Below are positions 1 to 12,800 of a DNA stretch of 64,000 nucleotides, piece by piece. The stretch is from Oculina patagonica. Its lineage: Eukaryota. Both the position numbers and the translations under genes were made by a program. The notes under the pieces are model-generated. The model was given only the letters and a program-made list of their open reading frames with translations. It ran no database searches and had not been told where the DNA came from. The stretch is from contig NC_135759.1 in assembly GCF_052425735.1 (NCBI RefSeq), forward strand, positions 34,224,001-34,288,000, read 5' to 3'. The stretch's first letter is position 1. The number at the start of each line of letters is the position of its first letter.

Positions 1-421
1 GTCACTATGAATGTCAGATTTAAACATGCAGTCTTATCGCATGCAATTATGAGACTAAACTTAATAAATGACTGATTATAATATAAACAAGCAGTTGAGG
101 CACTTGTCATTTGGAACATTCTTTCCAACACAAGTCAAAGATCTTTCATGCAGAATCCAAGCCAGTGACCTTTTATGCACCTATCAGACAGATCTTCAAA
201 GGCTGATTGAAACATTGCGTACATTTACTTATGTATCTACATACATGTAGTGATGTTTGTTGGATGGTGAATGAAAACAGTAGTTATGCCAAAAACATAC
301 TAAAATCTCAGGGTCTTACAACTCAAAAGAAAAAACACCAACAACGCAAGGAAACAGGCGTCAACAAAGAAAAATGTTCCACCCTTGGTGGAATTTTTTA
401 TGATATCTATAACAGTCTCAC

Positions 422-2312
422 CAGAGAATGCATTCCACAATTCCACAGTAGAATATGATGTACTGATTCAGGAGGGAATGCCGATGAGAATGGAGTTTGT
501 AAAGCTGTAAGAGGGACCGAAAAAATAAACAGACAAAATTAATGTCAGGTATAGTTAACTTTATTTATTACAAATTTTTGTTTAAAACTCTAACTAGCAA
601 ACAATTGCATAATGTGTTGTTCCAGAAAATATCTATACCCCTCCAACAGAAGACTTATTGGGTTAAATCCCCCACCCTTTTTGGAAATAATTTCTGTACT
701 TTCCTTTAAAAAATTTGGCTTTTAAGTCCCCACCCCTTGGAATTTCCAATGAACTCCCATGGGGTGTGAGGATGTTTTCTAGAACTGCACAATTGAAGAA
801 GGCTAACAATCAAATGCTAAATGTAGTTTCAAAATTTATATCCATAGTAATAGCACAATCATAATCTGAAATGGGACAACAGATAATAAAGCTACATTTA
901 AAGGCATCTTGATGGTTAGGGGGGTGGACTCTGGATAAGACGGTCTGGGTTCAAACCCTGAGGGGGGGGGGGGTCACTGTGTTGTGTTCCTTGGCAAGAC
1001 ACTTAACTCTCATAGTGGCTCTCTCCATGGCCACCCAGGTGTATAAACGGGTACCAGCAAAATAATGCTGGCAAGGGGGTACCCTGTGATGGACTACCAT
1101 TTCCATCCAGAGGGGAGTAGAAATATTCTTAGCCACTTTGATAATGCTATCAAAACTGGGATAAGCTCTGGCAATATGGGTCACTTGGCTCAAGGTTTCC
1201 CAAACAACATCTTACTATTAAAATAATAGTAATAATAACTAACCAAGTATGTTCAAGAGATAACACATGTGTAGCAAGTCATTCAACCCCTTATTACCCA
1301 CCCAAACGGTGTGCTGGTTAGTTGCAAAATGTGACGGCTGATTGTCAAGGAGGGCTTAGACACCATTAGTTGTCTGAAAATAGGCAATCTTGTAACTTGC
1401 CACTAAATTTGGATTATTAATCCAGCTGCAAACTTTGGATTAATGTTTATTTAATATAACAAAAACAACATCCTTTATTTAAACACAACATTACCTTTAC
1501 TACACAGATTATGCAGGTGATGACTGCCAGTATTGCTAAACAGCTATCCCTGAAGTTGTAAATGAAACATGTATTCATCATTAGTAACTTTAAGTACATT
1601 GTTGTGGTTTAATTTTATCTATGGTTTAAATTTTTTCAAACCAGTTTGATTTTCATTTCCCTTTGTTTCAGATTATGATAATGAACATAAGACAATGAAA
1701 AATAAAAATCAAACTGGTTTGAAAAATTTTAAACCAAATATAAAATTGAACCACAACATACATTTGAATAATTTGTACAAAACCAGCAATCTGTAGGGTA
1801 CAGGGAATAGCAGATTCCTGGTTTTACGTAAGGTACAGATGAAACAATAGTAACTTAACTAGGACAAAGGAGCATGAAGGAGAGTCATCAAAGCCTTACA
1901 AAAGTGTGCAACTTGATAGAACAAGCACAAGCAAGTATAAGTAAGAATAGTACAAGTAGTGGTAAATTGAGTGTTGGTAGACTATCAGCGAGAATGTCAA
2001 CCGACTGTCTGCTGAGTGTCGATCGACTATCCGTCGACTATTTGCTGACTCTTGATCATCTGCTGATAGTCAGTCGACACTGAGTTGATAGTCAGTTGAT
2101 ATATTGGTTGATAATTGGCGGAGTGTCGCCTGACAATCAGCTGATATATTGGCCGACACATATCAGACAAGACTACTTATAGTAAACATGATCCAAGCAG
2201 TCTGAGATTTTTATTGACAGTCAGCTTACCTCACACATGAAGCAGTGTTGAATGTCTTGAAACATCCAGTATAAGCCAAGGAGATTTTTAAAGAGTTGTT
2301 TCCATTTGACAT
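422..2312 (-). CDS. Uncharacterised membrane protein, probably multi-pass (first three coding exons; gene probably continues left of the window)
   Basis: Phase-compatible GT-AG exons 2312-2230, 1549-1495 and 504-422 splice to MSNGNNSLKISLAYTGCFKTFNTASCVRDSCLAILAVITCIICVVKLYKLHSHRHSLLNQYIIFYCGIVECIL, with two hydrophobic segments. Probable 5'UTR exon ends at the donor AG|GTAAGT at 4115/4114. Confidence 0.75.
613..791. mobile_element. MITE
   Basis: Imperfect TIRs TGTGTTGTTCCAGAAAATATC / GATGTTTTCTAGAACTGCACA; non-coding. Confidence 0.6.
902..1192 (+). mobile_element. tRNA-derived SINE, Deu/Nin-domain-like
   Basis: B-box-like GGTTCAAACC, then GTGTTGTGTTCCTTGGCAAGACACTTAACTCTCA...CACCCAGGTGTATAAACGGGTACC. 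Related copies at ~47643, ~55454 and a fragment at ~37065. Family name recalled, not searched. Confidence 0.7.
1600..1758. mobile_element. Palindromic MITE
   Basis: Arms TGTTGTGGTTTAATTTTAT...AAACCAGTTTGATTTT / AAAATCAAACTGGTTT...ATAAAATTGAACCACAACA. Confidence 0.7.
1965..2195. repeat. Degenerate array of GTCGAC/TCGAC-type units, probably from a non-autonomous transposon
   Basis: Recurrent gtcgac/gtcaac/gttgat units in an otherwise CpG-poor intron. Confidence 0.45.
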
Positions 2313-2373
2313 GATCAATAGTTTTTTCACCTAGAGCGTACCTATGGATCAAGCAACAGATTATAATAATCAG

Positions 2374-2576
2374 TAGGGGTGTCGAATGGTAAATGCAAGA
2401 CTTTGCGAGACGGCGAGACTGATATCTTTTCTGCGAGCCCGAGACCTTTTTAGCCTTGCAAAAGAAATTGTGTCTGCGAGAAGGCGTCAAAGAAAAATTC
2501 GAGACGACGAGACCTCTGAAATTTGCCTAAAATTTTGCGAGACATGCAGTTTTTGAAGGACCATTCACCACCCCTA
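2374..2576. mobile_element. hAT-like MITE with internal GAGAC repeats
   Basis: TIRs TAGGGGTGTCGAATGGT / ACCATTCACCACCCCTA. A related copy lies at ~32684-32944. Confidence 0.65.
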
Positions 2577-2681
2577 GTCAGTTGCTTCAAAGCAAACTTT
2601 ACCACAGGTTGACGGTTGATCATGACATGTACATGTATTTAGACCATCATATCTCAACCAAGGGCGTATTCACTTGCAACA

Positions 2682-2922
2682 TACCGTATTTTAATTGGCC
2701 TGATAGAGCTGGCGTATATTTGATTCCAGCTGGAGTTTGTTCAAGCCCTATGTTTCTCAGAAATGATTTTTATTCATTATTTTTGACAGCAATATTTATA
2801 TTTAGACATTATTTTCTAAGCATGTTAAACCTTTAATAATTGTTAAAGGGGTTTATTTTCAAATACAGCTTGGAGACCCGGCGTTTATTCAGGGCCCAGC
2901 GTTAAATCGAGAAAATATGGTA
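2682..2922. mobile_element. Tc1/mariner-like MITE
   Basis: Ends TACCGTATTTT / AAAATATGGTA with GGCGTTTATT subterminal motifs. Related ends at 41252 and 41969. Confidence 0.55.
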
Positions 2923-4114
2923 CACATACATAGTTGTCACATTTGCCTGTTGAAATTTTTTATTGTTTTCAAGCTTAAAAAAACAATAAAAAAATCCACC
3001 GGGCAAATGCGACAGCTATATGCGTATGTTGCAAATAAATCCACCCCAAGTTTCAGTGAACTAATTAGTCAAGATGTTGGTCGAGTGTTAACCAAAATAC
3101 TACTACATGCAGATCAAGAATTTCAATGCCACATTAGTTTCATTTCACAGTTTGAAAAATACTGATCATGTTATATATAGTTTTTGTTGCCAAAAATAGT
3201 ATCTATGTTATTACATGTAGTAGCCTTGAAGCTACAGAATGCAAGCAATGAATGCGTGAAGTAATTGCCAAGTTTTAACCTCTCTCAACAGATGTCTGCC
3301 CTGGATTGTATCAGTAAAAATTCTGCGCATTCTGTCCAACACAAGATCTCACAAACCTGGTGTATTTATCAGTCAGTCGGTATTTATGCCCAGCACATAA
3401 TATATTTAAACACTATGTACAGTCAGGTATAATTTGTCAGTGGATTTAATAGCTGGACTTGGGTATAATAAAAATACAAATTACTAATAACATCCTTCAA
3501 AAGCAGTTCACATGAAACAGTGATATAGATCCAAAATGGTTTCACCCTATATGCTAATTTTCTATTAGCATACACAATTCAGTTAATTCTAGCTATTATG
3601 CTTTTTAGTGATCATTTATATACAAAACATATACAAGCCTCTACATGTACATGTAAAGATTTGGAAGGCCAACTACGTAATATGTACACACATAAATGTA
3701 ATTCAGTGATGGCCAGATAACTTATCGAGGATAATAAAATAAATTGCCTAGTCACCTAATTTCGAAAAACGTGTTTTGCGTACGTTTTCACTTTTCATTT
3801 GCTATAAGTTAAGCTTACACAAGGGGCGACCAAGACCCGCCGTTTACATAATTTGCTTGCCATAGACACTTGACTTCTGATCATCTGTCTTTTGTACACA
3901 TAAAACATAACATACAACGGTCATTTCTTTCAAGAGCATCGTACATTTAACGTCAAACAGCAGAAATGTGACGTTGTCCAGGAGCCAGAACGGGTCAAGT
4001 AATATTCATGTTCTCACACGTTCCCACGCGCGCAGATCCGTGCATCATCTAAAAGGGTTAAGTTTTCGATAAAAACTACTTTATAAAGGTCTTTAGTAGA
4101 ATATAAGTACTTAC

Positions 4115-4570
4115 CTAGGGAATGTCGTCTTTATAAGGCATAATATCAATCACAGAAGACGAAATCTTTCGCCAAACCCCACAAAACAGCTCACCATATG
4201 AATCTTGCCGCGCACTGGCACACTTCAGCGGGACAACTGAACCCGTCTATAGTAGGGAAAGGATAAAAAATATTTACAGCCTACGTAAAAAAAAATTTTG
4301 ATAACTAACTCAACGCATTCGGCTCACGATAGCCACAACTATTGAAATTTAGTTCAGCACTGTTTTCATTTTACGCTTAAATCATTTTCAATTGTTATTT
4401 TTGCTTGAAATTTGAATATCCCCAGAGGACCATAGTGGTTACTCCGTCAAAACAAAAAAGTGCCAGGCTACTAAGCATCTTTCCTCCGCAAAAAGTCAAC
4501 ACAGAAGCAGGTGATATGCTTCTGGTCAACAACAACATACTTTTGTAGAGGGAATTTTTATTTTAACAAT
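4115..4570. promoter_or_regulatory. Probable bidirectional promoter (membrane-protein gene / WDR45)
   Basis: Minus-strand first-exon donor at 4114 and WDR45 first exon at ~4571 are under 500 bp apart and divergent; CpG is locally retained. Confidence 0.5.
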
Positions 4571-6765
4571 GTGACTCGACGAAATGAGGTATTTCATCTA
4601 GATTTCAACCAAGACCAAGGTAACGTTAAACAGTTTATATATTCGTAAGTTCCCTTATTTGAGATCCTGTTTGGTTAACTGTGAATTGTCTTGATAAGCT
4701 CAAATATAAACGTAGTAGGCTAATAACAAGACTTGTTTTCTTGAAAATGTTCTAAGCTTAAGCTTATGTCTAAAATATTTATCTCGAATAATCGAATAAA
4801 TCGAATAAACTGAAGCCTACTATCTCATTACTTGTTTAAAAGGAAGACACTGGCATAAAATGAGCTAAACACGTTCAAACGAATTCAATTATTGCTGTTG
4901 TTTTTGTCTTGACTAATAGGTTGTTTTGGCTGCACCATGGAGGGAGGGTTTAGAATTTATAATGTGGAACCTTTATCAGAAAAGGCTCGTGTAGGTAAGT
5001 TTCCATTTACCTTAAAGTTTATGTTAATTAAGAGACATTAATTGTGCAGTGTTTGATTTTTGTAATTTGTTGTACTTATATTATGTTTATAGGCTTCATG
5101 TTCATGCAGAGAATTATTTATCAGTATCAGGCTTAACCAGCATCAATAACAGACTTGGTAGTATTAACAACAGTCGGACGTCAGACATAAATTATGTCCA
5201 ACCAAATTTTACAAATGTCAGACCAAAGTTTAATTATAAAAATAAAAAATAAATATAATTTATGGCATCTGTTGACTGCTGAAAACCTTTACGTGAAATT
5301 ATAAGCCTATCACCACTGCCTGCTGGCCTACAGCTGGCAAATACTGATATCCAGAAGCCCTTGCAATTTTAAATCTCAACAATACATATCGTAACACAAA
5401 GCCTGCCATGCCACATAATAATCATTAATGCATCCATCCCAGCTAATTATGGGCTAACTGTAATGGCCTAGAAAGAATTTCTGCTCATTTTTGTTTTCCC
5501 ATGCACTGATGATCTACATGAAAAGTTTACGTAGCGATGTTTATTGTGAGCAAAATATCTCACCGCATGTGCATGCTATGTAAACACATCATCAGCAAGA
5601 GAAATCAACTGGACAAATTACAACAGGCACCAGTTTTAGTTATTCAAAACAAGCTATAGTGGAACACATTCTACAGCAGTTAGTAAAACGATCACAGTAC
5701 TTGATTCCATGACTGAGTAAGCATCAATGTAAAGTAGTATGTTATTTCAATTCTACTACCGTTAGATGCTCTAGTAGAAATCTGAATCTGAACAACTGAA
5801 ATCTATTCTTTAATGAATTAAGATACTGAATTAATTCAACCCTGTAACTAGTGATAAATACAGGAAACTTAAATAAACACATGTCCTGCTGATTGGGAAA
5901 AGCTATTTCCAGCCTTATTAGTATTATTGTTCTTACAGATTCTATCTATCCACAGAGTAATATTATTTTTGATTAATGAAGTATGACGATAATTGCAGAT
6001 TTGAGTGAGCCATGTCAGATATCTCAGACTCACATGTTGCACAGATGTAACTTGATAGCCATTGTAGGAACAGGGCCAGGTGCAAAGTTTTTCAATGACA
6101 AAGGTAAAATATTTACAGTGCTGTACAAGAGGTCATTATTGACTGCTCTTTTCAGTATACAAGTCAGGGTTTTCATTAAGAATTGTAATAGCAGGAGAAT
6201 AGTGTAAAGTAACCGGAGAATGATTTTTAAAGGTTTCGCATCTTTATAAAAAAAATCGGCAGGCCTTTGAAATTTAGCCAGAGAATTCTACGTAGTAGAA
6301 GGAGAATTCTCCGATCTCCAATGCCTAATGAACACCCTGCAAATGATCAAACTCTTGATTTCAAAACTTCTGATTGGGTTTTTTTTTATTGTTGTAAGTC
6401 ATAATTGAAGGGCTTGCTGCAAAAAGGGCGGTAGTGATTTTGGCCGAAAACGAACATGGACAAAACGACTCCAAATTTCGCATGTGAGTTTGTTTACGTG
6501 TGCTAAACATTGTCCTGCATTTCATTTCGCTGGTCTTTCCTTCGTTTTCGAAAAATAACACATGCAAAAAGACAAGGTGTTTGCTTGCGCGGCGTCTTTT
6601 GACTTTTCTTTTACAAACCTTTTGTTTCTCAAGACGATGAAGTCAGCTAAATTTTTGGGGTTACAGTCCTAACCCTAACGCAAAAGGTAACCCCAAGGCC
6701 GTAGGGTCGGGATTAGAGTTTCAGATTAGGGTTACAGACTTAGCCCTAACGCAAAAGCCTAGCCC

Positions 6766-6802
<37 letters not shown>

Positions 6803-9800
6803 AAACAAGTTTAACACTAACCCCAAGAGATTAGGGAGTTAAGCCGTTTCAAGTTAAGTTTAGGATCAGAGTCAGCCTCAACCTTTTATAGATCGCGCTT
6901 TTAATGCAGTAAGCTTTCACGCCAGTTTGCTTGCAGCTAGCTTTTTCTGCAGTCCGTTTGCACTTATCTAGTTTTTGTTGTTTCGGGCAAGACTATTTTA
7001 CTCTGTTACCGTTAGCTGTAATTTGCCGAGGTGAAAGTGAAATAAAGACTGTTACCGTTAGCTGTAATTTGCCGAGGTGAAAGTGAAATAAAGACTGATT
7101 GTTGATTGAATACACTTGCTCGTGTTGTCACATTATACTAGTTTTGCTTTCAGTTGAGTGCCGCCGGCTTGCTCTCACTTCTATCTCCACTCCTTACATC
7201 ATCGCACATCTACAAAATCCCGCGAAAACAAGATAAACTAAGGCACGAATCGATTGATTGATTTATTGATTGATGAATATTTAATGAGACACAGAAAATA
7301 ATTTTGCGAGGGAACGTCCCCTGGGGAACATATAAAGAATTTTTTAAAGTCTAAAACCAGGTCACTTCTCGGCAACTTTGTCGCGGCAGCACCCAAGGGG
7401 ACACTGCAAAACTCACGCTGACATAGTTCCCGACAAGAGATCTGTGTTTTAGACTTTATTACCGCTTGGCTCCGCCGGCCTTTGTCAAACAACTTTCTCT
7501 CTCGAGCGCTAAAGAGCGCTATTGTACAAAACAAAGGCCGAACATCTCTCATTTCTTCGAGAAATGCTGTGGGACTTACGGGTTTTCAGACTTAATGATG
7601 TCATTCAACCGCCAAGCGGACGCACTCGCTCGAACGAACCAGTAGTTTATTTCCCCAAGAAAGGTGCCATTTTTGTTCTCTGTTCTTGAGCCACTAACAT
7701 GTGACTTAAGACGTCACAATAGAATAGCGAGTCCCAGTCCCTCGCTGCCACCGCCTGGGAGCAAATTAAATATGAGAAAACATGGCGGTCAGCAAAGTTG
7801 GTTTCTGAAAAGCTGTTTTTACATCCCGGACGACTGTAATAAAGTGCCTCGGGGCAAGATTTTCACACGCGAGGCGTGGAAAAATGTCTAGTGCTGGATT
7901 ACTGTGGACAATGTAAGTTACAAAATCTTTTTCTTTTTGCATACGTTATTTTTCAAAAACGAAGGAAAGAACAACGAAATGAAACACAGGACAGTGTTAA
8001 GCACACGTAAACAAATCTGCATGCGAAATTTGGAGCTGTTTCGATAATGTTCATTTCAAGAGAAAATCACTACCGCCCTTTTTGCACCGAGCCCTTCAAT
8101 TACAACAAGAATCAACAAAACTTGAAAAATTATAAGAAATTAACAAAAATTATGGATTGAAATCTACCAATCACAAGGTTCCGGCACAGACATGACCTTT
8201 TGGACCTGTTGAAGTGTACGTCTGCTTCCTGAGAAGTCTGCTAAGATGATGCAGTATAGGCCGCAAATCTTTGCTGATGTTATTGTCTACATTTTGCCTT
8301 TATTTATTTGCATGCAACTTACGGAAGAGAAAGCGTCAACTCCAAAAAGTCTAAAGAGTTAGTTAAACTTAGTTATCAGCAAAATTTTGGCCATTTTGTG
8401 TCGATTGAAATAGATATCACCTTTCTTAGATTGCAAAATTGCTGGCAGGGTAATGGCAAAAGTGCTAATGAGCCTATATACATTCTTTCTGTAATTTTGC
8501 GTTTTTTAACCTACACCACACAAAAATGTATTTAATACGTCAGGGTCGAATTTTTAGACTGTACAGTTAATAGTGGAAAATGTCATTTCAATATTAAGAG
8601 TTGATTTTTCCATAGCTTGATCAGAGACTGGAGCACTGTCTATATGCTACATTTGTAAATGAGGCAATCATTGAAAACAACGATTTGCCTAATTTGAAAG
8701 GCCTATTAGGGGCTTATGAACAGTGCTCCTCACTCAACCACCTTGGAACATTTGGGTTGAGAGTTTAAAATTACAGGTGTACCCCATGATGATGTATTAA
8801 ATATCTTTAGGTCTGATTATTAGGGCCACAGGGTTACCTACCTATACTATATATTCCCATTGCTAACCTCATTAACCAGAAAAAATTGCTAAATTGCTGT
8901 TATTTTCCTCTTTACAGTTTATATCTGGGATGATGTACTAAAAAAGCTTGTGATTGAACTCTCATTTGGTTGTCCTGTTATGAGTGTCAGGCTAAGAAGA
9001 GACAAGTAAGTTTATATTGTTATGTGAACAGTACACATATTCAGGCAGTATTTTCTGAAATTCATCAACTTGAGGGAGACAAAGGAAATTAAGATCAAGA
9101 ACACCCTGATTGCTGCATTTAATCTCAGAAATGCAAGATAATGATCATGATCTGGGTCACAGAATTAACAACCATGTCATGCATAGCCTCCAAAAATCTG
9201 GATTGAAATTATAAAAGAAAAAGAGAAAGAATATATTAATTACTTGTAAAATCCACTATATGTTAGAAGCAACCCATATACCCCATATCAATAGGAGAAT
9301 CATGTAATTAAATATTTAGTAAAAATTACTTCATGTTTAGGTGACAAGCACCATAACGTGGTGTTAAAAAGGGTTTTTAAAACAATCTGTGCATTGCATG
9401 CTGTTGTTTTTATCTTATAGACTTTTTGTGGTGCTGAAAACAAGAATCCAAGTTTTTTCATTTCCAAAGGATCCAAAATTGTTGTTTTACTTTGACACAA
9501 AAGAAAATCCCAAAGGTGTGTTGATATGGGACAATATATTCAATATACTAGATGCATTATAAGCATATATTGTAACAGTTTAAGTTTAATTTCAAACAAT
9601 GTTATCCAGTAACTGAATCACTGCTTTTGAAAATGTTATCCCCCCTCTCTTTTAAGCCCATGTCTGGAAGGTTTTATTAATAAGCCCCACCCCCTCTCTC
9701 TCAACATGGTTAATCATGACAAGAATTAATGAACAGTGAAACAAGTTATACTTTAAAGGTATTCATCCACCACATTTATTTTTTATTTTTGCTATTTTAG

Positions 9801-12800
9801 GAAAATGTGTTTACAAACAGCACTAAACATTGCAATGTCCACTTTGTTTTTTTAATATATGATTTGAAATAAGCCCCCTGTCTTTAAATAAGCCCCCCTG
9901 TCTATTAAACCCCCAAACACACCCTCTTCATAAAGTCTTTAAAAAAGTAAGCAGCCTGGCGACTTAATAGAGATTTTCAGTATGCATATTATAATATTTC
10001 AAATAGGAAAACTCGTAGTTGAGTGTGTTGCTTACAGACTTGTTTAATGTGCAGGTCTCTGTGAAGTATGTCCAAGTAGTGACAGGCCATTAATGGTTTT
10101 TCCTTCACACAAATGTGGCAGTATACAGCTTGTGGTACGTACGTCATTCTGTCTGATTTACATTTCATGCATGGAACTCAAAAATATTTCTTTGTTAAAA
10201 GTGGGGCAACTTAGAGGAATAAATTTGGCTGTAATAAACCACCCCCCATCACTTAACTTATAAGAGTAACTTAGAGGAATTTGGCTGCAATAAATTCCCC
10301 CCCCCACCCCCCTTAAAAAATCACTTTAAGTTATACTACTTCAGACGAAGATATAAACCTGTAAATTCTGTCCACTCTACAACTGCAGACACTTAGTCCA
10401 TGTAACATTTCGGTATATACTCCATGATATCAGCATTTCTGTGTGCATGAATCAATAAAACCCAAAAGTCCACTCCACTATGTATATTGTCTTTCAGTAG
10501 TTGACTCCTTTTTCCCTCTACTTACTCTGCAGGACCTGACAAACAGACAGCCTGACACCTCAACTGCACCATTTACAATCAATGCTCATCAAGGTGAACT
10601 GGCATGTCTGGCCATCAACCAACAGGGTACCCAGGTGGCCACAGCTTCTGTTAAGGTGCGGTGTTTCTGGCAGTTTTATGACTTGGAATCCTAAATTGTG
10701 TTACATCAAGTCTGAACAGTTAATTCTAGTTTTGTTTGTTTTATTATTTTTTGTCTTCTGTTTACAAAACAAGTCAGTGAGTATGTTTTTTTTTTTTTTT
10801 TCTGGTATTACAAGGTAACACATGACCAACAGGCCTTCCTTACTGTGTATTACAGCATGTACTGTACACAAGTAACACTTTGTAGTGACACCCCTTACCA
10901 ACCAACCAAGCTCCTGCGCAGATTCTCTTTGGGCTTGTCACACGTTCCTTCTAAACAACAAACACAAAGAGTGTCTGTGCAGGAGGCTACTGGTGGACAC
11001 ATTGGCTGCAATGTGGCGATGATGTTTCATGGCCATGACACAAACGTCATAGTTTGTTAACTCGCAGTAGTAGAGCAATTTTTATTGCTGATGATTAAAA
11101 ACAGTCCTTAATGGCACTGACTCGTGTTTTACTGTACTTCAAACAGGGTACACTTATTCGTGTATTTGACACCCAAACCAAGAACTTGCTTGTGGAATTG
11201 AGACGAGGAGCGGACCCTGCTACGTTATATTGGTAAGTGACTCATTGCTATGAGGTCATTCATGGGTGTTTTTCAGCCACAAACTCCAGCAGAACACTAA
11301 GCCCACAAAACATAGACAGTGGAGAGGGAAAATAGTCTTATCCTGTGGGAACTGAAAGCCTCCTTACTTTAAACAGTCTTGAAGCTTAACAAAGGCCGTT
11401 TTATCCTAATCTTTGTGGTAACACTCAAGAGTTTGTTGTTGTTGTCTGAAGCAAAGGTAATTGTGTGTCAAAGCTCATTTTATCACTTGAGACCAAGTTT
11501 AGAATGTTTCTCCCAGCATGATCTCTGCTTACATTAACTCATGAGTTCGTTTTGCAAGGAGCCCGAAGTTTCGGGCCTAGTTCTGTCTGTTTGGAGCCCA
11601 AATACATTTGCAGTACTGGGTCTGTGAGCCTTTACCCTTAACTAACTTGCCTTAAAGCCTTTACCCCGAGGGGGGGGGGGGGGGAATGGGCCGGAAATTA
11701 AAGTATAGGGCGTCTTTATAAATGACGGGATTTAGTGGCCAAGGGAAGGTCGCCCTGATAGAAAATCCTGGTCCTCCAGGTTGGGGGTTGGGTATGGGGC
11801 CAATCCCCCATAAAGCCTTTACCTGTTCATCTGTAAACTTTGGGGACAATCAGAAATAAAAACAGGATGGTGCAGTATAGATAACAAATGTATCCATCTG
11901 TTCTCTTTGCAGCATTAACTTCAGTCACGATTCTGCATTTCTGTGCGTATCCAGTGACAAGGGAACAGTTCATATATTTGCTTTGAAGAACACTTCCTTA
12001 AACAAGAGATCAAGGTAATGAATTTGATCCAAACTGAAGTATTTTTTATTCTGCGTTAGGCAATCAGAGTCTGAATTTGATTTCCTGTCATTACTAGCAT
12101 TGTGTATAGTGTAATTACAAATTGTAACCTCGAAATATATTAATAGTCAGACTACAAATAATAATTATTAATAGTAATTAATGCTTTATTATTACAGCGC
12201 TATTTCTATTCAGTGCTATCTAATAGCTCTTTGCAAAAAAGCAATGAATCAGAAAACGTAACAAAAGCGAACTGCCTCTTTTTAATGTTGTCTCACTTTC
12301 GCCAAACAAACTCACGCTTAAATACCTTGACATGAAAAGAATTAAAAACAGCGATAACATTGTACTTTGACCATTGCAGTTAATTTCACATTACTTTAAC
12401 TTGCAACCAACTTACAAACTTGGGAAGTTCAGTCGCGCCAAAGTTGGGAAGTTTGTTCCGAAGTTCGCAATTTGATTGTCTAACTCGCAACGTAATTGGC
12501 TACTTCGTAATGTAGTTCCCAATTTCCCAACGAACTTCTTCACGCGGCACGGTAAAGTAATGTGAAATTAACTGTAAAGCCGGGTAACTAGTTTCCCGAT
12601 CTTTTCTTTCGTATACGGAGAACATCCGTGTTCAATGCTTAGGGGCATAATAGAATCGTGTTCTGTTTAATAACACCGTCGTCTCAATTATTTTAATTGT
12701 TGTTGTTCGTCAGCCTTGCAAAGATGGGTTTCCTAGGACAGTACGTTGAATCTCAGTGGGGTCTAGCTAACTTCACTGTACCAGCTGAGCAGCCCTGTAT

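Noticed and set aside
6655-6870. True telomere or chromosome-fusion scar
   Set aside because: Too short and degenerate, and lies inside a transposon in an intact intron.
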